Both the position numbers and the translations under genes were made by a program. From Octopus bimaculoides (Eukaryota), in NCBI RefSeq assembly GCF_001194135.2, contig NC_068999.1, forward strand, positions 13,373,837-13,437,836: a stretch of 64,000 nucleotides of DNA, given 5' to 3'. Positions 23,901 to 37,270 of the stretch are shown piece by piece. Positions within the stretch are counted from its first letter, which is position 1, and every line of letters begins with the position of its first letter. The notes under the pieces were generated by a model. It worked only from the letters and a program-made list of their open reading frames with translations. It made no database searches and was not told the origin of the DNA.

Positions 23901-26047
23901 GGTGTGTGTGTGTGTGAGTGTGTGTGTGTCTGTGTGTGTATATGTGTGTGTATGTGTGCGTGTTCCGATTTGTAAAAGCGTACGATATTTTACAAATCAG
24001 TATGACTTGATATGTGTACTGATTTTCTGTCAATACATTGATAAGCATTCAAGTATTTGAACTGGCGAACTTCTCATCCTCAGCATACTGTACAACCAAC
24101 AGTTAATACTTCACCCATAGAATCCTGTAATGTAAGTGACAGGATGAATCAACATTTAGTTGTCAAAATAGGAAGAAGGTAAGAGTGTTAGAGAAAGAGT
24201 GCAGGAAACAAACTAAGAAAGTATATGAACGAACAGAATTGACGGTACTCTTTAGATTTTAGATCATTTATCGAACACAAAAGAGTGGGACGTGATATGG
24301 ATCTCAATGAATTTCGGAATCATTGTGTATTATTCTCTCCGAAATTATCTATGTTACGCTCATCGCCAATATAGAGATTCTATGCATTTACTGGCTTAAA
24401 TTCACTGACTTAAATGGTGATGAATTAGTTTTCTACTATTTGCTATAGAAACGCTAGCTATGTAATATCTACACAGTAGTAATTTACTTTTAAACAACTG
24501 GTAACTTAAACATCGCGAATCCTTATTCAATATTACAGAAGCAAACGATTGATTCTACAGGAGTTCCGAAATTCAAGAAACGCCAAGATGCCGCTGGATC
24601 TCCATTACATAACACTCAAAGATTTTCTAAAATCTTTTATTCTATAATGTGATCCTAGGTTCAGTAAGCACCGCTGCAACACTAGCTAGGCTGAGTTGGA
24701 ATGCATATCTTGAGTTGTATATTCGAGTTACCAGAGTTAATCTAGGTGAAAATCAGCATTGAAGAAAAAGAACCACAAAATATATACCTTCATGTCCAAT
24801 GATTTGAACGGAATAAGAGCAAAACATTTCAATGTTATTATCGATAAAAATTAGAAAAAAGACACAAGTACATTAATAGCCGAAGTATGAAGCGTTACAC
24901 GGTCGGGTGATTTCGTTTATACTAGAAATACTTGTGAATCTGCATTTGAAACCATAACACAGTTATAGAATTTTAGGAGCTAAGCCCGGTTTCACCCAGT
25001 CGCATTTGATGCCTGTAAATCTGCTGTGTGTAAGCATTCGACTTGCGTTAAAAAACAATTTTAGAAACAGTTTTGTTTCCCTCAAGACGCTAATAATAAC
25101 TGACCATCTCACAATAAAAAAACAACCAAGATTCAACCAAATCAAAATAAACCCAAATAGTAAGTGAACAAAGATGAACCATCCCGCTTCCATTACGCAC
25201 ACATACAAACAGACAGACAGACAGACACACACACACACACACACACCCACACACACACACATACACACACACACACACACACACGCTCGCATACATTGAC
25301 ATACCCCCTTATACAGACACAGATTTACATTCACACAGAGTTGAAACGCAGTTTGATTTATTTGTTCAGCGTACAATTTGCATCATCCCACTACCAAGTG
25401 TGACATCTCCCCTTCCTTTCTAATTCATAAACACAAGAGTATTATAGTAGATTATCTCGGGAACCATGGGAGCTATGAAAAAATGCAAAGCATAGCATCA
25501 CCACCGGCTAAGTTTACACATCTGTGTAATCTTTCGGGCAATTCCACAAAGACGTTTGACCATGAATTCCACCCAGACGTTTGACCAAGAAAGAATCACC
25601 CATGACAAATTTATAGGTATACGTTATACATGAGTTGCAAGGTAATTTAATATTATCATTCATACGCCTATTAATCATTTTTATGTAATTTTCTCTAGTT
25701 TGCCATTGCTGTCAGTTTGTTTCATTATGTAACATATTCTCATACATATTAGAACGTAGATATAGTTCTCCTTTATATGAATACCATATCCACAAACGAA
25801 AAGTTGTCGAAAGCGTTACGGATTTCGAATTCACATGTTGCACTAGTTCTATCAAATATAAAATAGGATTCTCTTGATTCTCGCAGCTGAGGAAGTATCA
25901 CTGGTTTTGTTGATATTGTAACTCATTGCAACTTTTTGACTGTAACGTGTAACGTATTATGTGGTCTGGATTATGAATTATTTTATATCAACACTGTTCG
26001 ACTCTCTCTCTCTCTCTCTCCTCTCACTCACTCTCTTCTCTCACTCG

Positions 26048-26088
<41 letters not shown>

Positions 26089-26963
26089 NNNNNNNNNNNN
26101 NNNNNNNNNNNNNNNNNNNNNNNNNNNNNNNNNNNNNNNNNNNNNNNNNNNNNNNNNNNNNNNNNNNNNNNNNNNNNNNNNNNNNNNNNNNNNNNNNNNN
26201 NNNNNNNNNNNNNNNNNNNNNNNNNNNNNNNNNNNNNNNNNNNNNNNNNNNNNNNNNNNNNNNNNNNNNNNNNNNNNNNNNNNNNNNNNNNNNNNNNNNN
26301 NNNNNNNNNNNNNNNNNNNNNNNNNNNNNNNNNNNNNNNNNNNNNNNNNNNNNNNNNNNNNNNNNNNNNNNNNNNNNNNNNNNNNNNNNNNNNNNNNNNN
26401 NNNNNNNNNNNNNNNNNNNNNNNNNNNNNNNNNNNNNNNNNNNNNNNNNNNNNNNNNNNNNNNNNNNNNNNNNNNNNNNNNNNNNNNNNNNNNNNNNNNN
26501 NNNNNNNNNNNNNNNNNNNNNNNNNNNNNNNNNNNNNNNNNNNNNNNNNNNNNNNNNNNNNNNNNNNNNNNNNNNNNNNNNNNNNNNNNNNNNNNNNNNN
26601 NNNNNNNNNNNNNNNNNNNNNNNNNNNNNNNNNNNNNNNNNNNNNNNNNNNNNNNNNNNNNNNNNNNNNNNNNNNNNNNNNNNNNNNNNNNNNNNNNNNN
26701 NNNNNNNNNNNNNNNNNNNNNNNNNNNNNNNNNNNNNNNNNNNNNNNNNNNNNNNNNNNNNNNNNNNNNNNNNNNNNNNNNNNNNNNNNNNNNNNNNNNN
26801 NNNNNNNNNNNNNNNNNNNNNNNNNNNNNNNNNNNNNNNNNNNNNNNNNNNNNNNNNNNNNNNNNNNNNNNNNNNNNNNNNNNNNNNNNNNNNNNNNNNN
26901 NNNNNNNNNNNNNNNNNNNNNNNNNNNNNNNNNNNNNNNNNNNNNNNNNNNNNNNNNNNNNNN

Positions 26964-27002
<39 letters not shown>

Positions 27003-27610
27003 ATGTGTGTGTGTGTGTATATTATACATACATATATATATATATATATTTATTTATTTATTTATATTATCATATTATCACCTCCATAACTATATTTTGT
27101 TCCGGTAAAATTTAGAAAACATTGTTTATTATGTAAATGAAATTATGTATTCCATTAGTTACAATACAGCAATTTTAGAAAGCACTTAGGAATTGTAGTT
27201 TTTAAATATACAATATATACTATAATGGCAGGAAAAAAACATATACGTATAGATAGAAAAAAATATCTAGAAATGCATAGACACACGGGAAATTGAATTC
27301 ACGCATACACAGTCTTACGCGTACACAACGTCACACACGTAAACAAGCATGCTGACAGATGCTGTCTACCCAGCGGTCTATCTATCGCTGTAGCTGCCTG
27401 TGAATTTATTTTTCTGACTTTCTGTCTGCATATCTATCTACTATACCTTGTATCATATAAATCTTTAAATATCAATGAATAACTCATTCTAAACATACGT
27501 ATAATTTAGCGCATATATATAAATATATGTATATATATATAAACACACAAACACACACACACACATACACACACACGCACACACACATACATACATATAT
27601 ATATATGTGC

Positions 27611-27653
<43 letters not shown>

Positions 27654-28339
27654 NNNNNNNNNNNNNNNNNNNNNNNNNNNNNNNNNNNNNNNNNNNNNNN
27701 NNNNNNNNNNNNNNNNNNNNNNNNNNNNNNNNNNNNNNNNNNNNNNNNNNNNNNNNNNNNNNNNNNNNNNNNNNNNNNNNNNNNNNNNNNNNNNNNNNNN
27801 NNNNNNNNNNNNNNNNNNNNNNNNNNNNNNNNNNNNNNNNNNNNNNNNNNNNNNNNNNNNNNNNNNNNNNNNNNNNNNNNNNNNNNNNNNNNNNNNNNNN
27901 NNNNNNNNNNNNNNNNNNNNNNNNNNNNNNNNNNNNNNNNNNNNNNNNNNNNNNAAACTTAAGTTTTATTGTTCTATTATTAAAAGTTGATGTATCTCTA
28001 TATGAATATTTTTTCTTACACTGGTATGCACATATATACACATCGAGCCAATTTATAACTGTCCAAGTTATCTTTCACTAACAAATTTAATGGATCGTAA
28101 ATGTTTGAGTTGCAGTTTCGTTCCCGTTATTCTATTTTGACTGCCATAATTAACTGTAAAAGTACTGATTCCAGGGTCGGCATTACCTTTTCCCTATGAC
28201 AGAAAACGTCAAAGGTCCTAACCGTTAATGAAGTTAGCACAATTTTACATTAATTTTAAGAACAAAATATATTTTGTAAAAAAAAATCATCAATAATCTG
28301 CATGAAATGAAACAATATTTTTTAAAACATATTTATATA

Positions 28340-29130
28340 TATATACATAAGCATATGAATGTACAGAAGTTGGACAAAATAATAGAACCTATCTATTCAG
28401 GTGAAAGTTTAGTATTTAATAGGTTGCTGGCCCAACGTTGGTACTAGAACACGCCTAGGAACTGACCTTTATTCGTTGTATGAGGGACTTCGAGCATTCG
28501 TCAAGTAAAACCTGCTTTATTTGTTTATGGGATTAATATGTCCCAAAATAAACCATATATGTTTTGTTTCATTAAGATGAGGTTATTCTGCACTGAATCT
28601 AAGCCATCAACACCAAGTTTGTGTTCTTTCTAGTAAATCTGAACAACATAAACACTTCACCTTATTGCTGTACTAAGGCTACTTCATATGTGTAAAATAG
28701 GTGGATAGTAACGGTCAAATTGAACAGATATACGCTTGCCCATAACTCTGACTAAAAGAAAATCTGCTGAGCTAAGGGTTCTGTGTTATGGCTGACAAAA
28801 CTAACGGAGGACCACCTCAATGAAGGCGAGCAATGAAGTTCGAAGATTTCTTTGCAACGCCTCTGACCATAAACCTGCACCGAAATAGGAAGATAGAGCG
28901 GAAGAGGATACATTCGAGGATATCTCCATTAATTCCTTCTGTTTACCAAAAATGATAGGAAAATAGAGGGCATAAACAAATGCAACACATCCAAGGTATT
29001 TTGGTATATTTATCTCATGGCGAGTCGCTGTTGATGACACATTGTGAGGCAGGTGGTGCTCTAACTTAGCTGTCAATTTTCCTGCTGCATTTCTATAGAC
29101 ATAAGAGAACAGCGACTCACAGTCATCTTT
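28340..29130 (-). mobile_element. Tc1-like transposase remnant, highly degenerate
   Basis: Minus strand: AAGKLTAKLEHHLPHNVSSTATRHEI, H*GGPPLVLSAI, AE*PHLNETKHIWFIL (SPDLNPIEHLW) and PRRVLVPTLGQQPIKY*. A Tc1-like terminus TACAGAAGTTGGACAAAATAATAG lies at ~28340. Confidence 0.7.
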
Positions 29131-30231
29131 TAAAGACAACTTGTTTGAACACACACACACACACACAAACTCACACACACAAACTCTCACACACACACCC
29201 ATTTAAATTTAGCTTCAGGTTGTTCTACTCTTGTCAAGTGGTCCGGGCTGCTGCTAATTATGTCCTTCGAATCGACCTGTTGTTTATTTCGAAGATTTTA
29301 TTTAAATGTTCAGCGCACAATTTGTGGCGCAAAATATACCAAGATAAACAGGGTGCATTCTAGGCTTACTTCTCCTATAAGCAACCGAATTTTATTCAAA
29401 TTTATGTGAGCCTTCCGAAGATCAGGTCGGCACTTTTCATTTACTGCCAACTGAAATTGTTCTTGCGCTGTGACTTTGAAGAATTATAACATGTAATGAT
29501 GAGACACGTGTTATTTGTCTCTAGAACATTGGACGTTCATATTAGTTCTCAAATTATCTCTCCGAATGTTCCTATGTTATCTTCCCCAATTTACCGCAAG
29601 AAAAGTTTCCTCCATGTCACAGACCTTTACATTTTTATACCACTTTCACTCAGAATATTCTCGACAAAATATATTCAGTTCATCTCATTGACTCTTTAGT
29701 CATTTCAACAGACGATAGATTCCCCTCATAGTCAGTGCTATCTATACAGTACATCAAACTTTTGTCGCTTTGATACGCTAAGAACCCAGCCACGAATTCA
29801 CAATTTATCTCCATTTGTCTTTCCGTTCTCCGAGGTTCTACAAAAATATTGCCGGGAGCTATAAATAAACACCACAGCCTTGACAACAACGTGTAGTATA
29901 CAGAATTGAACTTGCATTCCGAATCTGGTGAAACTCGAAGGAAACGATTCCAGTTACGATAACGAATAACATATCGACTTTAATAAAGATAGAAAATTCA
30001 AGTTCCTAATTTTGCATGCATGCCTGTGGTGAATCACACTGAGCAACAGATTGGCAGGTATTGCAATATATCCCCATGGGATGGATCAAAGACTTTGGTG
30101 ATTTAGGCCGAATTTGAAAGCTGATATATTTTGACATGTACTAAATGTACCAGACTTAATAATGCAATCAGTATTGTTCAATGTTCTAACAATTCTGATA
30201 GTGCGCTTCTCTGAATTAAATCTCTGATCAT

Positions 30232-30243
30232 CATAATAATAAT

Positions 30244-30276
<33 letters not shown>

Positions 30277-30280
30277 AATC

Positions 30281-30338
<58 letters not shown>
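30232..30338. repeat. (AAT)n/(AAC)n microsatellite
   Basis: Direct reading. Confidence 0.95.
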
Positions 30339-30341
<3 letters not shown>

Positions 30342-30809
30342 TTTATTTCTTACAATTATCAGTAAAAATAATGGAAATTGAAATAAATATAATCATATTT
30401 CAAAAAATTATATTTAATAATTATACTTACTAAAATGATGATATCTTTTACAATTATTCTTGTACAATTACTGTCGTAATTTATAATAGAAGATTCAATA
30501 ATCCCGCACTGTTTATATCGTACAGATGCCTCATAATTAATTTTTGCTCTGACATTTATGTTACAAGCGTTATTCAATTTCATTACAATTATACACGACT
30601 GCAATTATCTATTGTTTGATTATGCATTTTGGTTTTAAACTAAAGAAAGATGTATTACTGAAAGGCGCTTAGAGAAGAATTTCGGAATATAGAAATTGGA
30701 AATATACATTAAATTTCATTGAAAGATATCTGGCGTGGAAATTAATTTCTCTTGTACATATTAGTAGTATACAATATGCAGGAAAAATAGGAAAGGAACA
30801 TTATTCATT

Positions 30810-31340
30810 ACCATCTTAGTGAGTGCAGTATGCTAGCACAAATGGAGTATAATCGCATATAAGACTATGTATGGAAAAGAGGAAATTGGGATGTGAGCTA
30901 AGTTTGTGGCTGCAATACCACAGAAAATTGACATAAGATCGATAGAAAATGAGAATCACCGGATCTTGTCGGATCTCCCCAACTAGACCTATCATATTAT
31001 TGAAGCAAAAAGGTCAGATGTTGTCATAGACGGCAATGTATACTAAACGTGAAGGTTCATAGATTTTAAAATTCCCTTTTGTCGCAGAGTGGAAACCAAA
31101 GAAATAAAATCCTTGAGAAATACAAGGATGTAGTCAGAGAATTAAGTGGATGGAAAGCCAAGACGATGGTTATTCCTATAGTAAGTGGAGCACTTGTCAT
31201 AGAACAGAAAATGCCACAGAAAACAAAACTGATAGAGATCGGAATTGAGACTAGAAGTCATGGTCTGCAGAAATCATCAAGACTCTTAGGGAAGATTATT
31301 CAGATTTAATGAGACTCGTCACCAAACATCATAGTAAAAG
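30810..31340 (+). mobile_element. R4/Dong-type RLE LINE 3' fragment, degenerate
   Basis: HLSECSMLAQMEY (end of the CCHC knuckle), IENENHRILSD, IEAKRSDVVI, EKYKDVVRELSGWKAKTMVIPIVSGAL...LQKSSRLLGKIIQI*. Confidence 0.75.
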
Positions 31341-31606
31341 TATATATATGTGTGTGTGTGTATTTGTGTGTGCGTGCGTGTGAGTGCGTGCGTGTGTGTG
31401 TGTAATTACACGTAGACTGATGTCGATTTTTTTCCAACTTCATCCTATCCTTTTGGACCATCCTGTGTCTTAGCTTTCCGAAAAGTTAAACAACCACGCT
31501 CTCTTCTCTGAACACCTTATTAATACGTCGCATGTGCTACGTCCTAGCATCGTTGATCTTTCTTGTTGTCTTTTCTCTCCGTTATTTTGATTTAATATAT
31601 TTATAC

Positions 31607-31670
<64 letters not shown>

Positions 31671-31699
31671 AAGTTTGTGTTTGTGTTTATATTATTTTA

Positions 31700-32100
31700 T
31701 TCCTTGACTTGTTTGAGGCATATGACTGCAACCATGCTAGAGAACACGGCATTTAAGGGTTTCAGTGGAACAAATCGAACACAATATTTACTCTTTGTAA
31801 GCTTAGTACTCATTCTATCGGTATATTTTGCTGAACCGCTACGTTACGCTAATGTAAGCACACAAACATCGGTTGTCAAGCGATGGTGGGGATAGAAACA
31901 CAGACAGAAAAGGCAACACATAAATAAATATACATACATATATGACGGTCTTCTTTCAGTTACCGCCTACCAAAACCACGCAGAAGGCATTGTTCGGCCG
32001 GAAGCTATAGTAGAAGACACCTGCCCCAGTTACTACGCAGTGGGATTGAATCCGGAACGATATGGTTGTGTAGCAAGCTTCTTACCACACGGTCACGCCT
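31700..32100 (-). mobile_element. SINE family A, full-length copy (tRNA-like head, internal microsatellite, AT-rich tail)
   Basis: The head on the minus strand is AGGCGTGACCGTGTGGTAAGAAGCTTGC..CCGGATTCAATCCC. The body is homologous to 36500-36700 and 55010-55172. Confidence 0.85.
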
Positions 32101-32660
32101 ATCAGCCATATAAACTAAGCCATATACTTCTGCAAATTTGTACAGCTTCCAGTATTGGGAGTAGAATATTATACAGTATAATCAAATGTAGAGACTGTTC
32201 GAAAGCATGTAAATGCATTGCAAGTAAACTAGAAAGGCTTAAATACAGTTAAAAGAATTGGGAGACAATTAAGTGATAGCACCGCCGTAAATTATGTTTT
32301 AAAGAGCATCACCTTTTCGATTATAACTCTCTGTGCCTCTATGTATCATTGCTGTCTAGATATAATAAACGACCAGAGAAATTTGAATAAAAATCTGTTG
32401 TTTATTGGAAAGTAAGGCCATAATTTACACTGTTTGTCTTGGTATATTTTGCGTCAAAATGTGTGCATTGAACATTCAATTAAAATATTTTTAACTTGGC
32501 GAAATGCTGAATTGAGTGAGATGCTATATCGATTATAGTGTTTCCGTACATCATAAAGCGAGAAATTTTGGATTACATTTGGTAACCATATATTACCGGT
32601 AGTTAATATGATTATCCTTTAGGTTGAATACGTAAAAACATGCACACAACACGAAATATC

Positions 32661-33255
32661 GGATCTATTTTTAAAAGGGGGGGGGGGGTCACATTTTTCA
32701 TTAATGTTTTATGTAGTGTTTTTGGTACGGAAAGACTTTCAAACTTCGTATACTTATCTATTTTGTGTTATAGAACAGAAAAATATTTTTGTATTCGAAT
32801 TTATTTCATGTAAAAAAGTGTCTTAATTCGATAATTTCAACCAATCACTGACAAGCATTCAGTTGTTTATCTTTACTCCTTTGTTTGATTAAGCAATGTA
32901 AAGCGTATTTAATCTCCATACCTTCGTTTTATTTGCTTTTTTCATTTTAAATTTGCTTTAACCCTAACCCTAACCCTAACCCTAGGTTTAGGGTTAGGGT
33001 TAGCGTTAGGGTTAATTGTTTCAGAATCGTTTGTTTATGTAGTCGGCACTTAATGTATATCGGCTGAATGGACGTCAGTGATTGGTTGAAATTACAGAAA
33101 TACGACAACTTTCACATGGAATAACTTATGGATTTCTTTTTTTTTTTAAGAAGACTAAGAGAAAAAGATGTTTTATATGACACATTCTACCAGTGTTCCA
33201 AGTTTCAAAGTGTTTCGTTAATGAAAAATGTGGCCCCCGTTTTAAAAAAAGATCT
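32661..33255. mobile_element. 595-bp MITE with an 8-bp TSD (GAAATATC), imperfect TIRs and a telomeric-repeat palindrome core
   Basis: GAAATATC occurs at 32653-32660 and 33256-33263. TIRs: GGATCTATTTTTAAAAGGGG..GTCACATTTTTCATTAA and TTAATGAAAAATGTGGCCCCCGTTTTAAAAAAAGATCT. An internal 20-bp perfect IR lies at 32833-32852/33074-33093. Confidence 0.88.
32958..33015. repeat. Inverted telomeric repeat palindrome (TAACCC)4-(TTAGGG)4
   Basis: 27-bp arms 32958-32984 and 32989-33015, a 4-nt loop and one mismatch (TTAGCG). Confidence 0.95.
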
Positions 33256-34049
33256 GAAATATCTAAATGCTCTCATATTATTTGATCTGATACATATCAC
33301 ATGAAATAGTGAGACACTTTCGATTTACGTATTTTTATAGCCTTCATGGAAATTTTGAATAGTTACAGGGTTAACATTCTTTAGCAATTTTAATTAATAT
33401 CAACATTGATGATGTATCTTCTTATTTCCCATTCTTATGAGCATAATTTCTGACGCTTTGTATTGGAGCAACTAGGGGCAGCACATCAGGGATTGTGAAC
33501 ACTTAACATGTTCGTGACCTAATTGTCACGTGCTATCATTCAATGAATTTTTAATTTTGTTATTGCCGTGACTAGATTCCTTCATAGTCGTATGTTTACA
33601 ATACTGTGAATTCACCAGCGTATAATATAAGCGACTTCCAGTTAGCTTCTATGTGATAACAGGAATGTCAACTATAGAGATATGTCGGGTAACAGAAATG
33701 TTATTCCAAGGTGAAATATCCACAGTTCAGTATTCAGAAATATTTATTCAGAAAGAAATTACGTTTCAGTCATATATTTCGCGAAAACCTTACGTACAGA
33801 AGGACTATGAATGTTTCAAGAGGAGACTTTGCTAAAAAAATTCGAAAATTATTGCGACATTTCGTCATTCTATATAAATCAATTCATGAATATGTAAGCA
33901 TTCTTTGATATCCTTATTCATTTCTTGTCAATTTGGAGATATATTATTTATATTCTAGTGAAAACCAGATGTTTTTGAGAACTCCAGAATATAAAATAAC
34001 ATGAATACACATAGTGGTATCAAAACTTTCGCGGTCGATTTATGTCGAT

Positions 34050-34720
34050 TTATAGGGGATAAAACCGAGATATTCACTTTATGCACTGCTACATTATGTG
34101 AATAGCGTGCGGACAGAGCCGATATCACAAGTGTGGAGAGCTTGGTGGCCAGGTTAAGTCCTCCCTAAAACGCGTCAGATTGTTGCAGTATAACATTCGA
34201 TTGTCAGTCTATGCCTTGGAAACGAATTTTCTGTCGTAGTCTCTTCAGGCCGTACCGGTAGATCCAACTCTCGTCAATAGCGTTTATCCTCAAGATGAAG
34301 GATGGTTCACGCTGTCCCATACGACGGACCCTTACGACAGACCCGTACAACGGACAAACAACATCAGCAATGCCGTTGATTGTCTTGCGATGACCCTCAT
34401 ACAGATACTGACATATTCTGTCATATTTACGGTGGTGACGCTCGTGGCAGTTCTTCGAAATCGCTCATCGTCTACTCGAGTCGTTCTTCCGCATTTGACT
34501 CGATGATGCCACTTCAAAAATTGCGTACGACACATTGGCTCGTCGCCGTAAGCTAACCGAAGAATGACTAATGTCTTTGGAGCTGATTTTTCACGTTTAA
34601 CGTAAAACGTGAGGTTGGGGCATTGTACCAAATTCCTACCTATGGCACAATTGCTGACTACAGCATACACGTAGTCGCAAAAGTAAACATTTTACAATTT
34701 GCGAAGATCACCGCTAGCTC
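34050..34720 (-). mobile_element. Mariner remnant with multiple internal deletions
   Basis: Minus strand: LTFYVKREKSAPKTLVILRLAYGDEPMCRTQFLKWHHRVKCGRTTRVDDER, then SFILRINAIDESWIYRY (TGDESW), then YCNNLTRFRE..WPPSSPHL (HPPYSPDL). Confidence 0.82.
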
Positions 34721-36437
34721 TCACACTGCTAATACATAACCCTGTGCTGCCATATATATATATATATATTATCATCGGCAAAATTGTTAATTATTAATTT
34801 TNNNNNNNNNNNNNNNNNNNNNNNNNNNNNNNNNNNNNNNNNNNNNNNNNNNNNNNNNNNNNNNNNNNNNNNNNNNNNNNNNNNNNNNNNNNNNNNNNNN
34901 NNNNNNNNNNNNNNNNNNNNNNNNNNNNNNNNNNNNNNNNNNNNNNNNNNNNNNNNNNNNNNNNNNNNNNNNNNNNNNNNNNNNNNNNNNNNNNNNNNNN
35001 NNNNNNNNNNNNNNNNNNNNNNNNNNNNNNNNNNNNNNNNNNNNNNNNNNNNNTATATATACGTATATATATATAAATGCATAAATTAAAATTACATATA
35101 TTCCTGTATCAGCGTTACGATTTGAAATGTCTTACGATAGGGACATATGCATAAATGAAATAATTCCGGAACATGTAATGCGTCCTTAGAGAATCAAATA
35201 AATTCACGCAAATCTTGACTTATCAATTTTTTGAAGTAAGGAATCATACACAAATGAAATACAGATTTTTTTTTCTATTGCTGTACAAACCTCACGTGCA
35301 ATTTCCCTTACAGATTCGTATAAAATCTGAAATTTAATCTTTAATAATTCACTTAATTATTTCGGGAATTTGAAAAGCAAACGGAATAGAAATTAAAATA
35401 CTCTCACCCAGAATTTAAATGAAATTATGATTGATATTTACGAAAAGTATATTCGTTTATCAACGTGCAGCTGTTTATATGGAAACGCGAAATTGCATTA
35501 TTGGCCTTAGGCCACTGTGTGTAAGTGTTTGATAAGATGCAATATACATTAGTTGGAAAAATATGTATAGTCCTATACAAATAATTATGTTAGTTCACAG
35601 GCAATGAAAGATAAATTTATTTCATTTGTATATATTCACAATTTTTTAATTGATCTATATAAAATTCATTGCAAATGTATATATACAACTCTTATTTATG
35701 GATATTTGAATATATGGAGACACATGCACAAAATAGTATATGCACAAGAACAGCTGAGTGCAAATATCTTCTGGTGACTGTGTAAAGCGAATGAAAACAT
35801 TTATCAGCAAAACACCAGACAGTAATATGTATTTATCGGTATCAGTGTAGCAATTTGTTTGAAGATAGCTACACTCTCTCATACCGACATCTTTTTTTTC
35901 TCTTTTATTCACTTTCGTTATATCAATTTCCTTCCATCCATTGAGAGTTTTAACTCAATAATTGCATTATATATATATTTATCTACTTTGATTTTCGAAG
36001 TTAGCTGAATACATATAATTTCTCATGCTCTCAGATAATTTAAATTCAAATGCTTTAAGCAACATATAGTTATATACATGAATGTTTGTATGTATGTATG
36101 TATGCACGTATGTATGCATGTATGCACCTAGGTGACATGAGAATTGACAACAACGGAACTTCGAAGGACTCATGCTATATTTTGGATATTCCCTTCCCCT
36201 AGGTAGATTACCAACCAAGGTTAAAGATATGGTACATGCCCATGATGCAGGCTACCCAGTGCCAGACATAAAAGGAACACCCAAAAGATCCACAGGGTGA
36301 TTGAATATCATTCCGTCATCCGACGTGGAGCAGCTCACAAATAGGGAAAAATGGTAAAAGATAAGAAAATTTTAAAAAGATAATTAAAGTTATATAATAT
36401 AAAATATTTTAAGATTTTAAAATATGAACAAAATACC

Positions 36438-36487
<50 letters not shown>

Positions 36488-36499
36488 TTTATTCCGTTA

Positions 36500-36700
36500 T
36501 TCTTTTCTTTATTTAAGTCATTTGTCTGCGGCCATACAGGAACATCGCCTTTAGCCGAGCGAATCTACCTCACGACTTATTGTTTGCAAGGTAAGTACTT
36601 CTTCTTTTGGTCCCTTTTACCGAGCTGCTAGGTTACGGGAGCCTAAACACGCCACGATCGGTTGTCAAGCGATGCTGGGAACAAACGCAGATACAGGAAC
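36500..36700 (-). mobile_element. SINE family A, 3' half
   Basis: GTCATTTGTCTGCGGCCAT..GGTTACGGGAGCCTAAACAC..CGGTTGTCAAGCGATG, homologous to 31700-31900. Confidence 0.8.
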
Positions 36701-37023
36701 GTACATGCATACATACATACATACATACATACACACACATATAGATATATACAGACACGCATGAGAACATACAAAACACTATATATATATAGTTATACAT
36801 ATGCCTCAAAAGCAATGTTTAGATCCGCAAAGACCCAAACTTAATTGGAGCTCTTGTTGGTCAAGAACGGATATGCAATATATGTGGGTGATTTTGGAAC
36901 ATGTTGTAAAGTTTAAAAAGCCACATCAGACAATATGATAGATCTAAGGTGTAAGTACAACTGGTGATTAAACTCTGTTTAATGAGTAGACAACCACCAC
37001 CATGTACGCACGTATGTACTATG

Positions 37024-37060
<37 letters not shown>

Positions 37061-37189
37061 NNNNNNNNNNNNNNNNNNNNNNNNNNNNNNNNNNNNNNNN
37101 NNNNNNNNNNNNNNNNNNNNNNNNNNNNNNNNNNNNNNNNNCATACTTATATATATATATAAGTATGTATATATATAAATTAGTTTTGG

Positions 37190-37270
37190 TGTCGATTTGT
37201 TCCATTAAAAACCGCTTTAATGTGGTGCCCCGGCATGGCTGCAGTTAAGTGAGTGAAACAAGTAAAATAA
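37190..37270 (+). mobile_element. SINE family A tail fragment
   Basis: GTGGTGCCCCGGCATGGCTGCAGTTAAGTGAGTGAAACAAGTAAAA is the reverse complement of the family A tail. Confidence 0.7.

Noticed and set aside
25541-25590. 25-bp tandem duplication resembling a two-unit array
   Set aside because: Only two adjacent units with no spacer: an ordinary local duplication, not CRISPR-like.
29680-29889. FVAGFLAY peptide reminiscent of P-element/THAP9 transposases
   Set aside because: A single short motif with no further support.
32958-33015. Telomere-fusion scar interpretation of the inverted telomeric repeats
   Set aside because: The orientation is CCCTAA then TTAGGG, opposite to a fusion, and it lies centrally in a TSD-flanked MITE.
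33455-33520. LEQLGAAHQG, resembling the integrase zinc-finger HHCC start
   Set aside because: The following WP and CxxC motifs are absent.
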